Assembly (NCBI RefSeq): GCF_963921235.1
Contig: NC_086109.1
Location: 15,998,001 to 16,062,000 of the forward strand
Direction: 5' to 3'
DNA length: 64,000 nucleotides
Source of the DNA: Mobula hypostoma
Taxonomy: Eukaryota
Under the pieces are notes generated by a model. That model saw only the letters and a program-made list of their open reading frames with translations. It was not told where the DNA came from and did no database searches. A program made the position numbers and the translations under genes. Below are positions 50,437 to 63,424 of this stretch, in pieces (positions within the stretch are counted from its first letter, which is position 1; the number at the start of each line of letters is the position of its first letter).

Positions 50437-51674
50437 AAGTGTAGACCACTTTTGAACTGTGCCCACTATTGTAAGGCAGCAAATGTTGGAATCTCAGGCC
50501 CACACAGATAATTAACTAAAAATTTTAGGTAAGACACAACCTCAGGCCTCTTCTAGCCTTTACCTTCTTTCTCGCACGAGGGGAAATCTAGACATTCTTT
50601 GTTGGGCTTGTAAGAGCTCTCCACCGCCTCTAAGACCTACAAGGAAAGAGAAGAAAATATGTTATAAACAATAATATCCCGTCTCTTTGGACCATCCACT
50701 TTACAGCTGAATTATCCTCACAGGAACTTACTGCTGCTGTGTAATATATTCAATATGAAGTCAAAAACACCTGTTGGAACCTGATGGTTTTGTATTACAA
50801 GCTTCTTTGGAAGTTAAGAATGAGGCATAAAACTTGTTGCTTACCATTGTTTGTTCAGTGTTGAGCACCTCTACATGGAGCACTGTTGCAGGAAAGCAGC
50901 AGCCATCAGCAAGGACCCCCACCAACCTGGCCATGCTCGCTTCTCACTGCTCCCATCAGGAAGATGATGCAGGAGCCTCAGGATTCACACCACCAGGCTT
51001 AGAAACAGTTATTACCCCTCAACCATCAGTCTCTTCAACCTGTGATGATAACTTCACTCAGCTTTCAGAATCTGAATCAGAATCAGGTTTACTATCTCTT
51101 GCATACTGTATGTCGTGAAATTTGTTCACTCACCCCATCACTGAACCATTTTACAACCTGCGGACTCTTCCTCCCATGTTCTCGATATTTATTGCTTTTT
51201 TTTATTAACTCTTTTTTTAATATTTGCACAGTTTTGTTTTTTCTTTGTACACGCTGTTGGGTGTAGTCTTTCATTAATTCTATTATGGCTCTTGGATTAA
51301 CTGAGTATGCAGCAACAAAACAAACCTCAGGGTTGAATATAGTGACATATATATACTTGAATAATAAATTTACTTTGAATTTTGAACAAAGAGGGGAAAG
51401 GAAGATACTGGAGAGCAAAAACAAAGCCTAGTGGCGGGGGGAAGAATGAAGACAAAAGAGGAAGGTGAGAGAAACATCATTCTCTTAAACCAGACTGCTG
51501 ATAGCACACATTCCATTGAAATTCCATTTTTTAATTGCACTAAGATAACCCCTATTCAAGTAATGTGATACCTACCACTGGAACTAAGAAGTTTCCAAAA
51601 AGATACAAAGGCAACTGCAACCACTAAAAAAACACAGCGTAAACAATTAAATGTATGTAGGTAATTATATAAAA

Positions 51675-52225
51675 ATCAGCACGCACAAAAGGCAGGAGAA
51701 ACTCAGCAGGTCAGGTAGTAAAAATGGTAAGGAATAAACAGTCGACCATTTCAGGCCAACAGCCTTCTTCAGGACTGAGAAGGAAGGGGGAAGACACCAG
51801 AATAACAAAGTAGGGGGAGGGGAAGGAGGCTAGCTGGAAAGTGATAGGTGAAGCCAGGTGGGTGGGAAAGGTCAAAGCTGGAGAAGAAAGAATCTGATAG
51901 GAGAGGAGAAGGAGAAGGAGGGGACCAGGGGGACTGATAGGCAGGTGAGAATTGAGCTCAGGCGGGGCGGGGGATGGATCTGGGTAGATAGAGGAAGAGG
52001 GGAGGGAGAGGTAATTATTTTTTACTGGCAGGATTAGTCGATATTCATGCTATCAGGTTGGAGGCTACACAGATCAAATATAAGTTGTTGCTCCTCCACC
52101 TTGACGTTTGCTTCATCTTGGCACAAGAGGAGTCCATGGACCAACATGTTGGAACAGAAATGGAAACTGGAGTTAAAATTTTTGGCCACCAGGCATTTCC
52201 ACTGTTGGCGGATGGAGTGCAGGTG
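51675..52225 (-). mobile_element. Penelope-like 3' fragment (GIY-YIG C-terminus + pLTR)
   Basis: HGLLLCQDEANVKVEEQQLIFDLCSLQPDSMNID matches the C-terminus at ~23420-23600; pLTR follows. Confidence 0.78.
51739..51777 (-). ncRNA. Minimal type I hammerhead ribozyme motif
   Basis: CAGUC-CUGAAGA-AGGCU(GUU)GGCCU-GAAA-UG-GUC^GACUG: 5-bp stem I, intact core, 5-bp stem II. Confidence 0.68.
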
Positions 52226-55200
52226 CAATATGAACAAGCATAAGAAAGTTAAACCACAAGGAGGGTAACAATAATGCAGACCAATCCAACACATCCCTTT
52301 GGCAGGTTACAATTGCTGAAGAACAACCAAAAGTTACAACGATTTTTTACAGCTCATATTCTCAGTATTATCTTACTTAGACAGTTTGTCATCCTTTTAC
52401 ACATTGAATATTGGTTTTTGTCAGTCTTTGTCTGTTTATATAGAGCTTTTCATAAAACTCAATTGTATTTCTTTTTTAAAAGTCAAAGTTAAAGTAAAAT
52501 TTATTGTTGAAGCATTCACTGTGTATGCTATCAGATATTACCTTGAGATTCATTTTCTTGCAGGCATTTACAGGAAAATAAAGAAATACAATAGAATTTA
52601 TGAAAACTATACATTAGCAAAGACTGACAAAAAAGCAATGTGTAAAAGAAGACTGACTGTGCTAATAAAAAAGTAATACCAAGAACATGAGTTGTAAAGA
52701 AATCTCCTATTTCCTCTAGAAGGTGGACTCTCACTGCTCTAAGGTTCTTGTTTCAAGAATTCCTCTCGCAGTAAAGTCAGAAAATGCTGAAATACTCAGT
52801 AGGTCAGGCAGCATCTATGGAGAGATAAGTAGGGTTGTTGTTTCCATTTGATGACCTTATTCTGGATAGGAAAAGATAGAACACAAGGTGTTTTTCATTT
52901 GCAGAAGGCTGTGGGTAGCTATGACAAAGGGAAAAGCTTAGATAAGGTGAAGCCATGATTGTGAGCAGGTAAACTAGGTGAGGAAATGAGCTCATATGAG
53001 ATGAGCGGGCAAGTCTATTTCACTGCGATTGGTTGTTGTTGCTCCATTTCGTGCCTCGTGGTGCATCAGGCATTTTTGCCATTTCTTTAGCAGTTGACTA
53101 TGTTTCATAGATGGAAAGAGTGCAAGGAGATGGCTGGATTCATTCTCAGGACCATCTTCCTCGAAGTCCAGTGCTGATGCCACTACACCACTGGATACAG
53201 CTGGGACTGGTGGGTGTCTGGAAAGCACTGCCTGGGGTGGCAGTAGAGGCAAATATGACAGAGGTATTTAAGAGGTTCTTAGATGGTCACGTGGATGTGC
53301 AGAACATTGGGGGGGGGGCGATATGGACATTGTATAGGCAGAAACGGATTCATTTAGTTAATTATTTAATTACTAGTGTAATTAGTTCGGCACATCGTGG
53401 ACAAAAGGGACTGTTCCTATGTTGTTTTGTCCAATATTCTATAAAGTCATTCAATTGATGTGTCAATGGAGATAGTTAGAAGAGGAAGATCCTGAATAAA
53501 AGAACATAAAAGCCTGGGAAAAAAATTTCTGACTATCTACTTTATCTATGCCTCTCATGTTTTTATGAACCATCAGGCTCTTGGACCAGAGGGGATAATT
53601 CACTCAACTTCAGTTGCTCTCATCACTAAGTTGCTCTCACAACCTATGTACTCACTTTCAAGGACTCTTCATCTCATGTTCTTGATATTTATTGCTTATT
53701 TATTTATCAATATTGTTCCTCTTTTCTCTTTCTTTCTTGCATTTGTCCAGTTTGGTGTCGTTTTCTCACTGGTTGTCCGCCCAGTTGGTGCAATCTTTAA
53801 TTGATTCGATTATGGATATCAGGTTTACAGAGTATGCCCGCAAGTAATTGAATCTCAGGGATGTATATGGTGACATAAATGTACTTTAATAATAAATTTA
53901 CTTTGAATTTTATGAGGTCTCCCCTTAGACTCCAACACGCCAAAGAAAGCAACCCAAGTTTGTTCAATGTCTCCCAATATTACTATCCTCCTATCCTGGT
54001 AAACCTCTTCAAAGCCGTTTTTAAAAGCCTCCATATCCCTCCTGCAATGAGGCAACTAGGACTGCTTGCCTCTACATAATGTACATAGGCTTAATAGACT
54101 AAAATCTCTTAGATTCCTGTTCTCACGTTGAAGCCATACGTCTCAAAATAAGGCAAGTTATAAACCTTTCGGACATGCTTGTGAGTAGCGGAGCAGAGCA
54201 AGAGAAGATGAAGAAATGCCATTTTGTTAAAGCATCCTTAATTACATGTCTCAGCCAGAGCTAGAGCCCTGGGTGACATCATTCACAGGTAGGTGTATGA
54301 AAACGAATTTAACCCATCAGGAAACCTTAAATACTGAGAGCAGTTTAAACAGAAAAAATCACCAGATGCATTAGCATCCGACATTGATTGGCGTGCTCTG
54401 TATTTTTTCTGTTTGTATTTATGGATTTAAGGTTTTCTCAGTATCTTCCTCTTGACAAATAAAAACAAAGCACAATAAAAATTGTCATCTCTGATTCATT
54501 TAATTGTGAATCATCACACAGTTGAGGTTTTTTGAACTTCCAGCTAGAACCCTTATCAAACCAGTAATTAAATGCCTAACTAAACTAATCCCTTCTGCCT
54601 ACACAATGTCCATATCCTTTCATCCTCTGCACATTCACAAGTCCATCTAAAAGCTGGCGAAACACAGGTTAGGGCATAAATGGGACGGTTTCATTTGAGT
54701 TTAAAGGCTCCCCCTGCACAGTTTCTCATCATTACTTATTGCTAAAAAAAAAATCTCTTTCAATACAGTTTCCCCTTGCAGTTCCTTGCTTCTTGATGCT
54801 CGGAACACTGCCCATCCTGCCTATCCGGATTTACTCATCCCCGTCCTACTGGAGAATTCTGCCCATTCATTTTCCCATTCTCCTTGCATCAATGATTCCC
54901 CATGGAGTCTTTCCCCCTCTGTCCGTTCTGCTACTTCTGAGCTCTGCACGGCTATTAATGTCCCCACTGATCATTACTGGCCTTTGTCGATCCTCCTGTC
55001 ACTTAATGTACACCAGATGATTACTTGTCCGCTTGTGTTTTCTTTATTTATCGTACTGCCTCAGGCTGTGAATATAAATGCAGCTTCATTCATGTGAAAA
55101 GAAAGACTTTCTTTATTCAACAGTCAAGCCCCTAGGTTTGTTTTCTACCTTTAATTAATCCTGACACATGAAATGGAAGAATGTGTGAAATTGATATATT

Positions 55201-56094
55201 AAAAAAACTTTGACATTTTAAAGAATTGTTTTTCTTGAGGTGCAAATGAAAAAAAGAGACATGCATGTATAAAAATGACCTCAAAACAGAGCAAAATCTA
55301 TTTTTTTTAACCAGCAGATGAAATATGTTTTGAAGTGTAATGCGATATTATACAGCCAATTTGCCAAAAGCAAGCTCCCTTAAACAACAAGGTTATAGGA
55401 ATGAGACAGAAAGAAGCTTTAGTGATTTTAATGGAAGGGATGGGAGCTGCAGAGCTCTGGAAGTAAAATGGAGACACAAGGGGCTGCAGATGCTGTGATC
55501 TGGAGCAAAAGATCAAATTGCTGGAGGAATGCAGCGAGTCAGGAAGCATCTTGTGAGGGAAATGGACAGTTGGTATTTTGGGTGATGGACAAGAGTTTTA
55601 GTAGAGGGGAATTGGTCAGATCTATTTACTGGAAAGGAATGGAGTCCCCTAAGGCCTCCCTGATGGGGAACAGAGGTGTTTAGATACGGGTTAACAATTG
55701 TTGACGCCTCAACTGTCTATTTCCCTCTATAAAGGCTTCCCAACCCATTAATTTCCTTGAGCAGCTCTTTCTAGCATTAGGAATAACTCCTGTTCTTCAT
55801 AAAAAGGGTGTCAAACTTTTTTTTAACATTTGGATGGCATAGTGACAGAACTACTGCTCTGCAGCTCTGATGAGCTTCTATCCCTCCCTCTGATGCTGTC
55901 TGTGTGGAGTTTGCATGTTTTCCTCGTGTCCTTCAGGGTTTCTTCCAATGTTCCAGTTTCCTCTTGTATCCCAAAGAGGTATAGTTTAGTAGGTCAATTG
56001 TTCGCTTCAAGTGGACCCCAGAAAGTTTGTGAGTGGTAGCATTTAGAGCCGGGGTTGGGTGCTGCTGATGAGAATGTGGGGAGAATAAACTGCA

Positions 56095-56628
56095 GTTATT
56101 CTACTTCCCATTCCCATCCTGACATGTCAGTCCATGGCCTCGCCTACCGCTGTGATGACGCAACACTCAGGTTGGAAGAGCAACACCATCTGGGCAGCCT
56201 CCAACCTGATGGCATGAACATGGATTTCTCAAACTTCTGGTAATTGCCCCTCCTCTCCTTTACCATTCCCCATTCCTGTATCCCTCTCACCTTATCTCCT
56301 TACCTGCCATCATCGCCCACTGACATTCTACCCCCTTCCCTTTCATCCATGGTCTTCCCTCCTCTCCTATCAGATTCCCCTTTCTCCAGACCTTTATCTC
56401 TTTCACCAATCAACTTCCCAGCTCTTTATTTCACCCCCTCCCTCTCTCCGGGTTTCACCTATCACCTACCACCTTGTACTTCTTCCTCCTCTCCTCCTCA
56501 ACTTCGTACTGTGATTTCTCTTTCTTTCCAGTCTTGATGAAGGGTCTCAGCCCGAAGTGTTGACTGTTTACTCTTTTCTATAGATGCTGCCTGGCTGGCT
56601 GAGTTCCTCCAGCATTTTGTGTGAGTTG
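56095..56628 (+). mobile_element. Penelope-like 3' fragment (GIY-YIG C-terminus + pLTR)
   Basis: HSHPDMSVHGLAY..DDATLRLEEQH..SLQPDGMNMDFSNFW*; decayed hammerhead ccagtcttgatgaagggtctcagcccgaagtgttgactg. Confidence 0.8.
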
Positions 56629-57339
56629 ATGTAAGTAGAGATTGGATGGTCAGCATACAGTTGAGCTAATGTTTCCAAGCTGTGTTTCTTTATGACTCTG
56701 ATTTCATCCGGCAGTCAGTGCAACATCCCTCCTTATGTTAGAGAGGGACACCTTGTATCTTAGTCCTCTAACTTCTGGAGCAGACAAAGTCTTTCCTTCG
56801 TTGCTCCTTTCTTGTCTGCAGTCTGGGCACAATTTAAATTCAGCTGAAAATCTAGCTTTTTTTTCCACCACAGGTTAACGGAAGATTTCCCATGAATGAT
56901 CTGAGTTCCAGTGTGTAATTTCAAAAAGTAACTTTTCCTTTCAAGCTCCTTGTCGTGTTGCACTTAAGGTACCCTGCACAGTTTTATTACCAGCTGAGAA
57001 TGAGTTCATCATATAAAATCAGCATTTTTATTCAGTGTCTAGTCCATCAAATGTGAGTAATCCTAATTTAAATCACTGAAGGTGACGTTAAAGAGACCTT
57101 ACTAACCATTTACTGGTTTCATTGGTATACAGTAGTTTGTTCCTTCGACATATATTAAAAAATGTAATATTTAATCTTACAAGTTCCCTTGTACCTATTA
57201 AAAACATGCTTACTTTGAAGAGTCTATCAAAAATGTGCAAATCAGCAATAAATAGTAATTAACTATAATTTAGCTTTCTTTCTGGGGGGGGTCGATTTTG
57301 TGGGTGCACTCAGTTTCCAGCAAGTTGTCTTCTCAATCC

Positions 57340-58235
57340 AATGCACCAAGATATGTGGAGGAACAGGTAGTGTTGAGGAAGCAGGGAGACTGCAGAAGGA
57401 CTTCAGATTAAGAGAATGGGCAAAAAAGTGGCAGATAGAATATAGTGTTGGGGAGTGTATGGTCGTGCACTTTGTAGAAGGAATAAAGACATAGACTATT
57501 TTCTAAACAGGGGAGCAAATTCAGAAAGCACAGGTACAAAGCGATTTGTACATCCTCGCGCAGGATTTCCTTAAGGTTAACTTCCAGGTTGTGTCGGTAG
57601 TAAGGAAGGCCAATGCAATGTTAGCATCCATTTTGAGAGGACTAGAATATAAAAACAAGACTTTATAGGGCTTTGTTCAGACCACACTTAGAATTTGGTG
57701 AGCAGTTTTGTGCCCCTTATCTAAGAAAGGATACGCTGGCATTGGAGAAGGTCCAGAGAAGATTCACGAGAATGATCCCTGGAAACCACAGTGTTAACTT
57801 ACAATGAGAAGTTGATGGCTTGGGGCCTATACTGGTTGGAGTTTAGAAGAATTGGGGATGGGTTTCCCATTGAAATCAATCAAATATTGAAAGGCCTAGA
57901 TCGAGAGGATGTTTCCTATAATGGGGTAATCTAGGAGCGGAGGGCACAAGGTCATCACTTTAGAACAGAAGTGAGGAATTTCTTTTGCCAGAGGGTGGTG
58001 ATTCTGTGGAATTCATTGCCACAGATGTCTGTGGAGGCCAAATCATTGGGCATATGTAAAGCAGAGAGTCTGGTAGGTTCTTTATTTGTAAAAATGTCAA
58101 GGTTTACTGGGAGAAGGCAGGGGAATGGGGTTGAGAGGGATATTAATTCAGCCATATTTAAATGTCAGACCGGACTCGATGGACTGAATGGCCTAATTAT
58201 GCTCCTCTGTCTTATAATCCTATGGTCAATGGTCT
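57340..58235 (+). mobile_element. Old CR1 RT C-terminus + 3' UTR
   Basis: TKICGGTGSVEEAGRLQKD..EWAKKWQIEY; RNFFCQRVVILWNSLPQ. Confidence 0.8.
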
Positions 58236-59428
58236 AAAAAGGTCACTGAAATTCGATGTAATTTATGCTTGAAATTTCTCTATCATTCCTGATTCGTGGC
58301 GGACTTAGGCTGAATTCTGCTCAGAGCAAGTAGATTAACCAGGCAGTGCCTGTACCCCACTTCGTATGATGAAGCATGAATGGTGGGGTACAAATTCTAC
58401 ATGTGCATGTGTACATATATCCATTGGAGATTGAGATTCAGATTTATTTATCGCATGGACATTGAAACATACAGTGAAATCAGATTTGTTTCAACGGCAG
58501 GTCAAAAATGTTGTTTTGCAGAGGCAGCATTGTGCATGACATAAAAAACTATAAATTGTTATAAGAAATTTTTTTAAAATTACATAAATAGTGCAAAAAG
58601 AAAACAAAATAGTGAGGTTTGTTCATTTTCCATTCAGAAACCTAATGGCAAAGGGGAAGAAACTGTTCCTAAATCATTGAGAGTGTGTTTTCAGGCTCCT
58701 GTACCTCCCCTTGATGGCAGTAATAAGAAGGCACCATACCTTGCGTGGTAGAGGGTCCTTAAGGATGGATGCCTCCTTTTCAAGGCATCGCCATTTAAAG
58801 ACACCCTCAATGTTGGGGAGCCAAGTGCCCATGATGGAGTTGGCTGAGCTTGCAATCCTCTTCTTTTGCTTAAACAACCAACACACTCAAAGATGTACTG
58901 GAGGCAGCCTGCACATGTCTCTACACATTCTGGCGCCAACATACCACTCCCATCAGGCTCAGCAGGACAACACAGAGCACAACAAAACAGAACATACCAA
59001 GTGACAAAGCAACAACAGCAAAACAAGCCCCCTTCCTCCCACCCACCCACCCATGCATACGTGAGTATGTGCCAATGTGTGTGTACATTTTTTGAGCATG
59101 CACATGTAAATGATTTGGCAGAATTCATTGCCAAATGATTAAAAGATGTCTTAAGATAGAAAGTGAACATTTCACTTTGTGCAGGCAGTATCCATATTTG
59201 ATTACCAGATCTTAAACCAAAAGGACTGTATTGCATTAGTGCATTGTGTACAACATTCAATAGCTTGTACCTGAGTATCTCCCTGTTGCACATTGTCTAT
59301 CTTTACTTTTAGAGTGCAGAAGTACAGAGTTTATTGTAGTTAATTTTAAAAAGGTATTGCATTAATGATCAGTCATACAGTCTTTTTCTGCTCTTCAGTG
59401 GTCTCAACCAGTGTCAACTTCTGACATA

Positions 59429-60191
59429 CACTCAGTGGCCATTAAGATACACCTATACATCTGCTCATTAATGCAAATATCTAATCAGCCAATCATGTGG
59501 CAGTGTCTCAATGTATAAGAGCATGCAGACATGGACAAGACGTTCAGTTGTTCAGACCAAACATCAGAATGGGGAAGACTTTGAGCATGGTATGATTGTT
59601 GGTGCCAGACAGGGTGGTTTGAGTAACTCAGGAACTACTGATCTCCTGGGATTTTCTCACACAACAGTCTCTAGAGCAAAGAAAAAAAACAATCCGGTGA
59701 GCAACAGCGCTGTCGGCGAGAATGCCTTGTTAATGAGAGAGGTCTGAGGAGAACAGCCAGACTGACAACAGTAACTCAAATAACCATGCACTACAATAGT
59801 GGTGTGCAGAAGAGCATCTCTCAATGTCCAACATGTTGAACGTTAAAGTAAATGGGCTACAGCAGCAGAAGACCTCCACGACCACTATGTTATCATTTCC
59901 TGTCAGAGTCACCTTATATACAGTCACTCCTGTGTCTAGCATCACTTTATGTACATAGAGAAAATCTACATATGTAAGCTATTCTATGTAGTTATATTTA
60001 TTGTGTTTTTTATTACTGTGTTCTTTATCTTACTGTTTTCTTTTTGTATCTGATCCAGAGTAACAATTATTTTGTTCTCCTTTACACTTGTGTACTGGAA
60101 ATGATATTAAGCAATCTTGAACCTTGAAAACATACACTCTGTGGCCATGTTATTAGTTACAGGAAGTACCTAATAAAGTGGTCACTGGGTG
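59429..60191 (+). mobile_element. Non-autonomous Tc1-like copy with a nested retroposon tail (~59877-60128)
   Basis: TA flanks; CACTCAGTGGCC TIR; GMIVGARQGGLSNSGTTDLLGFSHTTVSR; double TIR at 60135-60160 / 60166-60191. Confidence 0.78.
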
Positions 60192-60734
60192 TATTTGAAA
60201 TAAGGTCTAATGCTATTCACATCTACAGCAATAAACTGTGATCGACAGGCAGTTTGTCCATGATTTTAAATAACCTTTCCCTTCACCGTCTGCCGACATC
60301 CATCTTGTTCTTCTTTTATAACCTGATTGTATTTTCCCCCTCATAATATGCATACTCCACTTCCTTTGTCCTACTGTTAGCTGTTGTGACTTCAGATATC
60401 TGGGTCCTAAAATCTGGGATTCTCTCCATACTTTCCACCACCTTTCCCTCTTTTTTTTGGTATTTTATCTGCCTAACCAGGTTTGTAGACATTTGCTCTG
60501 TTATTTTCTACTGTGGCTTATTTTCTAGTGTTGTCATTTAAAGTTAAGTTGGATAGCTATGTGTTCAGGAAAGGAATGGAGGGTTATGGGCCGAGTGCAG
60601 GTCGGTGGGACTAGGTGAGAGTGGGAGTTCAGCACGGACTAGAAGGGCCGAGGTGGCTTGTTTCCGTGCTGTAATTATTATATGGTTATATGGTCATATG
60701 GCTCAGAGTCAGTTTCAGTTCAATTATACTCTCC

Positions 60735-61222
60735 TACATCATGCACTTTGGTAGAAGGAATAAAGGCGCTGACTGTTTTCTAAATGGGGATCAAATTCAT
60801 AAATCAGAAGAACAAACGGACTTAGGAGTCCTAGTGCAGGATTCGCTAAAGGTTAACTTGCAGATTGAGTCGGTAAACACAGTGTTGAAGGCAAACACAA
60901 TGTCGGCATTCATTTTGAGAGGACTAGTATATAAAAGGGAGGATGCAATGCTGAGGCTTTATAAGGCTTTGGTCGGGCCACACTTGGAACATCGTGAGCA
61001 GTTTTGGGCCCCATGTCTAAGAAAGTATGTGCTGGCTTTGGAGAGGACCCAGAGCAGGTTTACGAGAATGACCACAGCAATGAAAGGGTTAACATACAAG
61101 AAGCATTTGCTGGCTCTGAGCCTGTATTTGCTGTAGTTTAGAAGAATGAGGAGGGATTTCATTGAAACCTATTGGATATTGAAAGGCCTAGACAGAGTGG
61201 ATGTGGAGAGGATGTTGCCAAT
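60735..61222 (+). mobile_element. Old CR1 RT fragment (short CR1 3' end also at 60540-60700)
   Basis: MHFGRRNKGAD...DLGVLVQDSLKVN...LYKALVGPHLEH. Confidence 0.8.
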
Positions 61223-61612
61223 AAAGAGATAAAGATTAGCTTTATTTGTCAGTAGTACATCTAAGCACACAGTGAAGGCTGTCGTTTGCATCAAATCAAA
61301 TCAACGAAAGTTGTTCTGGGACATCTTGCAAGTGTCACTATGCTTTTGGTGTCAATATAGTATGCCCATACTAACTCTAACCTTAAACGTATTTGGAGGG
61401 GGTTGTGGGAGGAAGCCAGAGAAATCGGAGAAACACAAATGTTTACAACGAGAATGTACAAACTATTTGCAAGAATTGAACCCCAATCAGTAATTGCTGG
61501 TGCTGTAAAGTGATTGAACTAACCATAATGCTACCTGTGGTGATTTCACGTACCACGTGTAGGAACGTGATTGGACAGAGTTCGGAGCATGTGCGGAAAT
61601 GATAGAAATTTC

Positions 61613-61962
61613 CACAGCAGGGGTGATTGATATGTTCGTGGCCTAAGGTAGAAGGAGATGAGTTATACAGCTCTCATTACGTGCACGTGCAGTTCAACTC
61701 TTTGAGTGATTATGCAGAAAGTTTGAAGTTAATAACTCATTTCCTTCTGCGTTAGGCCACGAACTTATCAATCACCCCTTCTGTTGTCCACTTCCGGGAG
61801 GTCCAAGACGCCAATTTCTACAAAGAAGGGATCCGTATGCTCCACGACCACTGGACTAAGTGTGTAAATGTAGGAGGGGACTATGTTGAAAAATAAATGT
61901 GCTAGGTTTACTAAAATTGACTCCTTCTACCTTTGGTCATGAACTTATCAATCACCCCTCCT
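61613..61962 (+). mobile_element. Mariner-derived non-autonomous element with three TIR copies and a transposase C-terminus
   Basis: TIR GGGGTGATTGATA(A/T)GTTCGTGGCCTAAGGTAGAAGGAG at 61620, inverted at 61732-61784 and 61922-61961; 61816-61896 encodes FYKEGIRMLHDHWTKCVNVGGDYVEK*. Confidence 0.78.
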
Positions 61963-62132
61963 ATATCTATAGCTAGAGTGCCTAAGACCTTTGTACCGTA
62001 CTGTAGTAATTTTATGTATTGCTCCGTACTGCTACCAGATGGAATATATAAATCATTACCAAAAAACAAAATATGGAACAAAAAAATCACATTTATGGAA
62101 TTTATGTGGGAAACAAATAAATACTAAATGCT

Positions 62133-62668
62133 CAGTACTGTGCAAAAGTCTTAGGCTCATAGTTAGGGCACCTAAACCTTTTGCACAGTACTGTAGTAAC
62201 TTTATGTATTGCACTGTACTGCTGCCACAAACAAAAAAACTAATTTCATGACATATGTGAGTGATGATAAACCTGATTCTGATATGGGTTTCTTTTGTGG
62301 ACTGAAAGTGGGAAGGGGCAGAGTGAGAGCGGATTCATGGTTGGGAAAAGGGAAGGGAGCGGGAAGCACCAGGGAGACGTTCTGTACTGATCAATAAACC
62401 AATTGTTTGGAATCAAATGACCTTGATTGACGTTTCAGGACTGGGTGTACCTGCACCTGTGGCACCCCTGCCCCCGGCACTCCTCTACCATCTGCCCCAC
62501 ACCCTTCACACAGCACTCCACCCTCACCATTCAAAACATCTTTTGCTCCTGCCATATTTAAAAACTTGCACTCTGCTCCACGTTGACAAATACAGTACTG
62601 TGCGAAGGTTTTAGACGCCCTAACTATATATACAGTACATTTGCGCCTAATATTTTTACACAGTACCG
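62133..62668 (+). mobile_element. ~0.54-kb non-autonomous element with a palindromic cassette at each end
   Basis: Cassettes 62133-62193 and 62593-62668 each resemble the 34386-34452 mini-MITE; the interior matches 36090-36621. Confidence 0.72.
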
Positions 62669-63424
62669 TACATTGGTGAGACTGTGCAGACTAGGCAACT
62701 ACTTTGCCAGCAACTGTACTCTGTCCAAAATGGCTCATTGGAGCTCCTTGTGGCAAATTATTTCTCATATATTGATGGGGATACAGCATGGAATAGACCT
62801 TTCTGGCCCTTTGATTCGTACCACCTGACAATCCCACTATTTAATCCTAGCCTAATCACGGGACAACTTACAATGACCTTTCAACCCAACAACCAATACG
62901 TCTTTAGACTGTGGGAGAAAACTGAAACACCCGGAGGAAACCCACACAGTCACGAAGAGAACGTGCAAACCCTTACAGGCAGTGTCAGGAAAACTTCCCT
63001 TCTTCTTCCCGCAATGTGCATCAAAGAAGGTAAAAAGGAAGAGAGAAGCAAACATAAAGGCTGTTCTCTTAAGAACCACCAGAGGAATTAATAATGGGGA
63101 ATAGGAAATGCTAAAAGTGTTAAAATAAAATGTTTTGTGTCTGTGCTCAGCAGAAAACACTAAAAGCATTGCTGAAAATAATAGGAAATAAGAAGTCAAA
63201 AGAGAAGGGGAAATGTAAAATAATGTTCACTCAAGAGAAAGTACTAGGTAAACAAGTGGGATGAAATGTCATAAAGTTCTCATCACTGCTTTTTAAGAGA
63301 GATGCAATTATGCTGGAGATGGTGCAGAGAAGATATAAGGGGATATTGCCAGGATTGAAAAATTGTAACAAAGAAGAAAGATCAGATATGTTTGCATTGT
63401 TCCTTTGGAACAGAGGAAGCTGAA

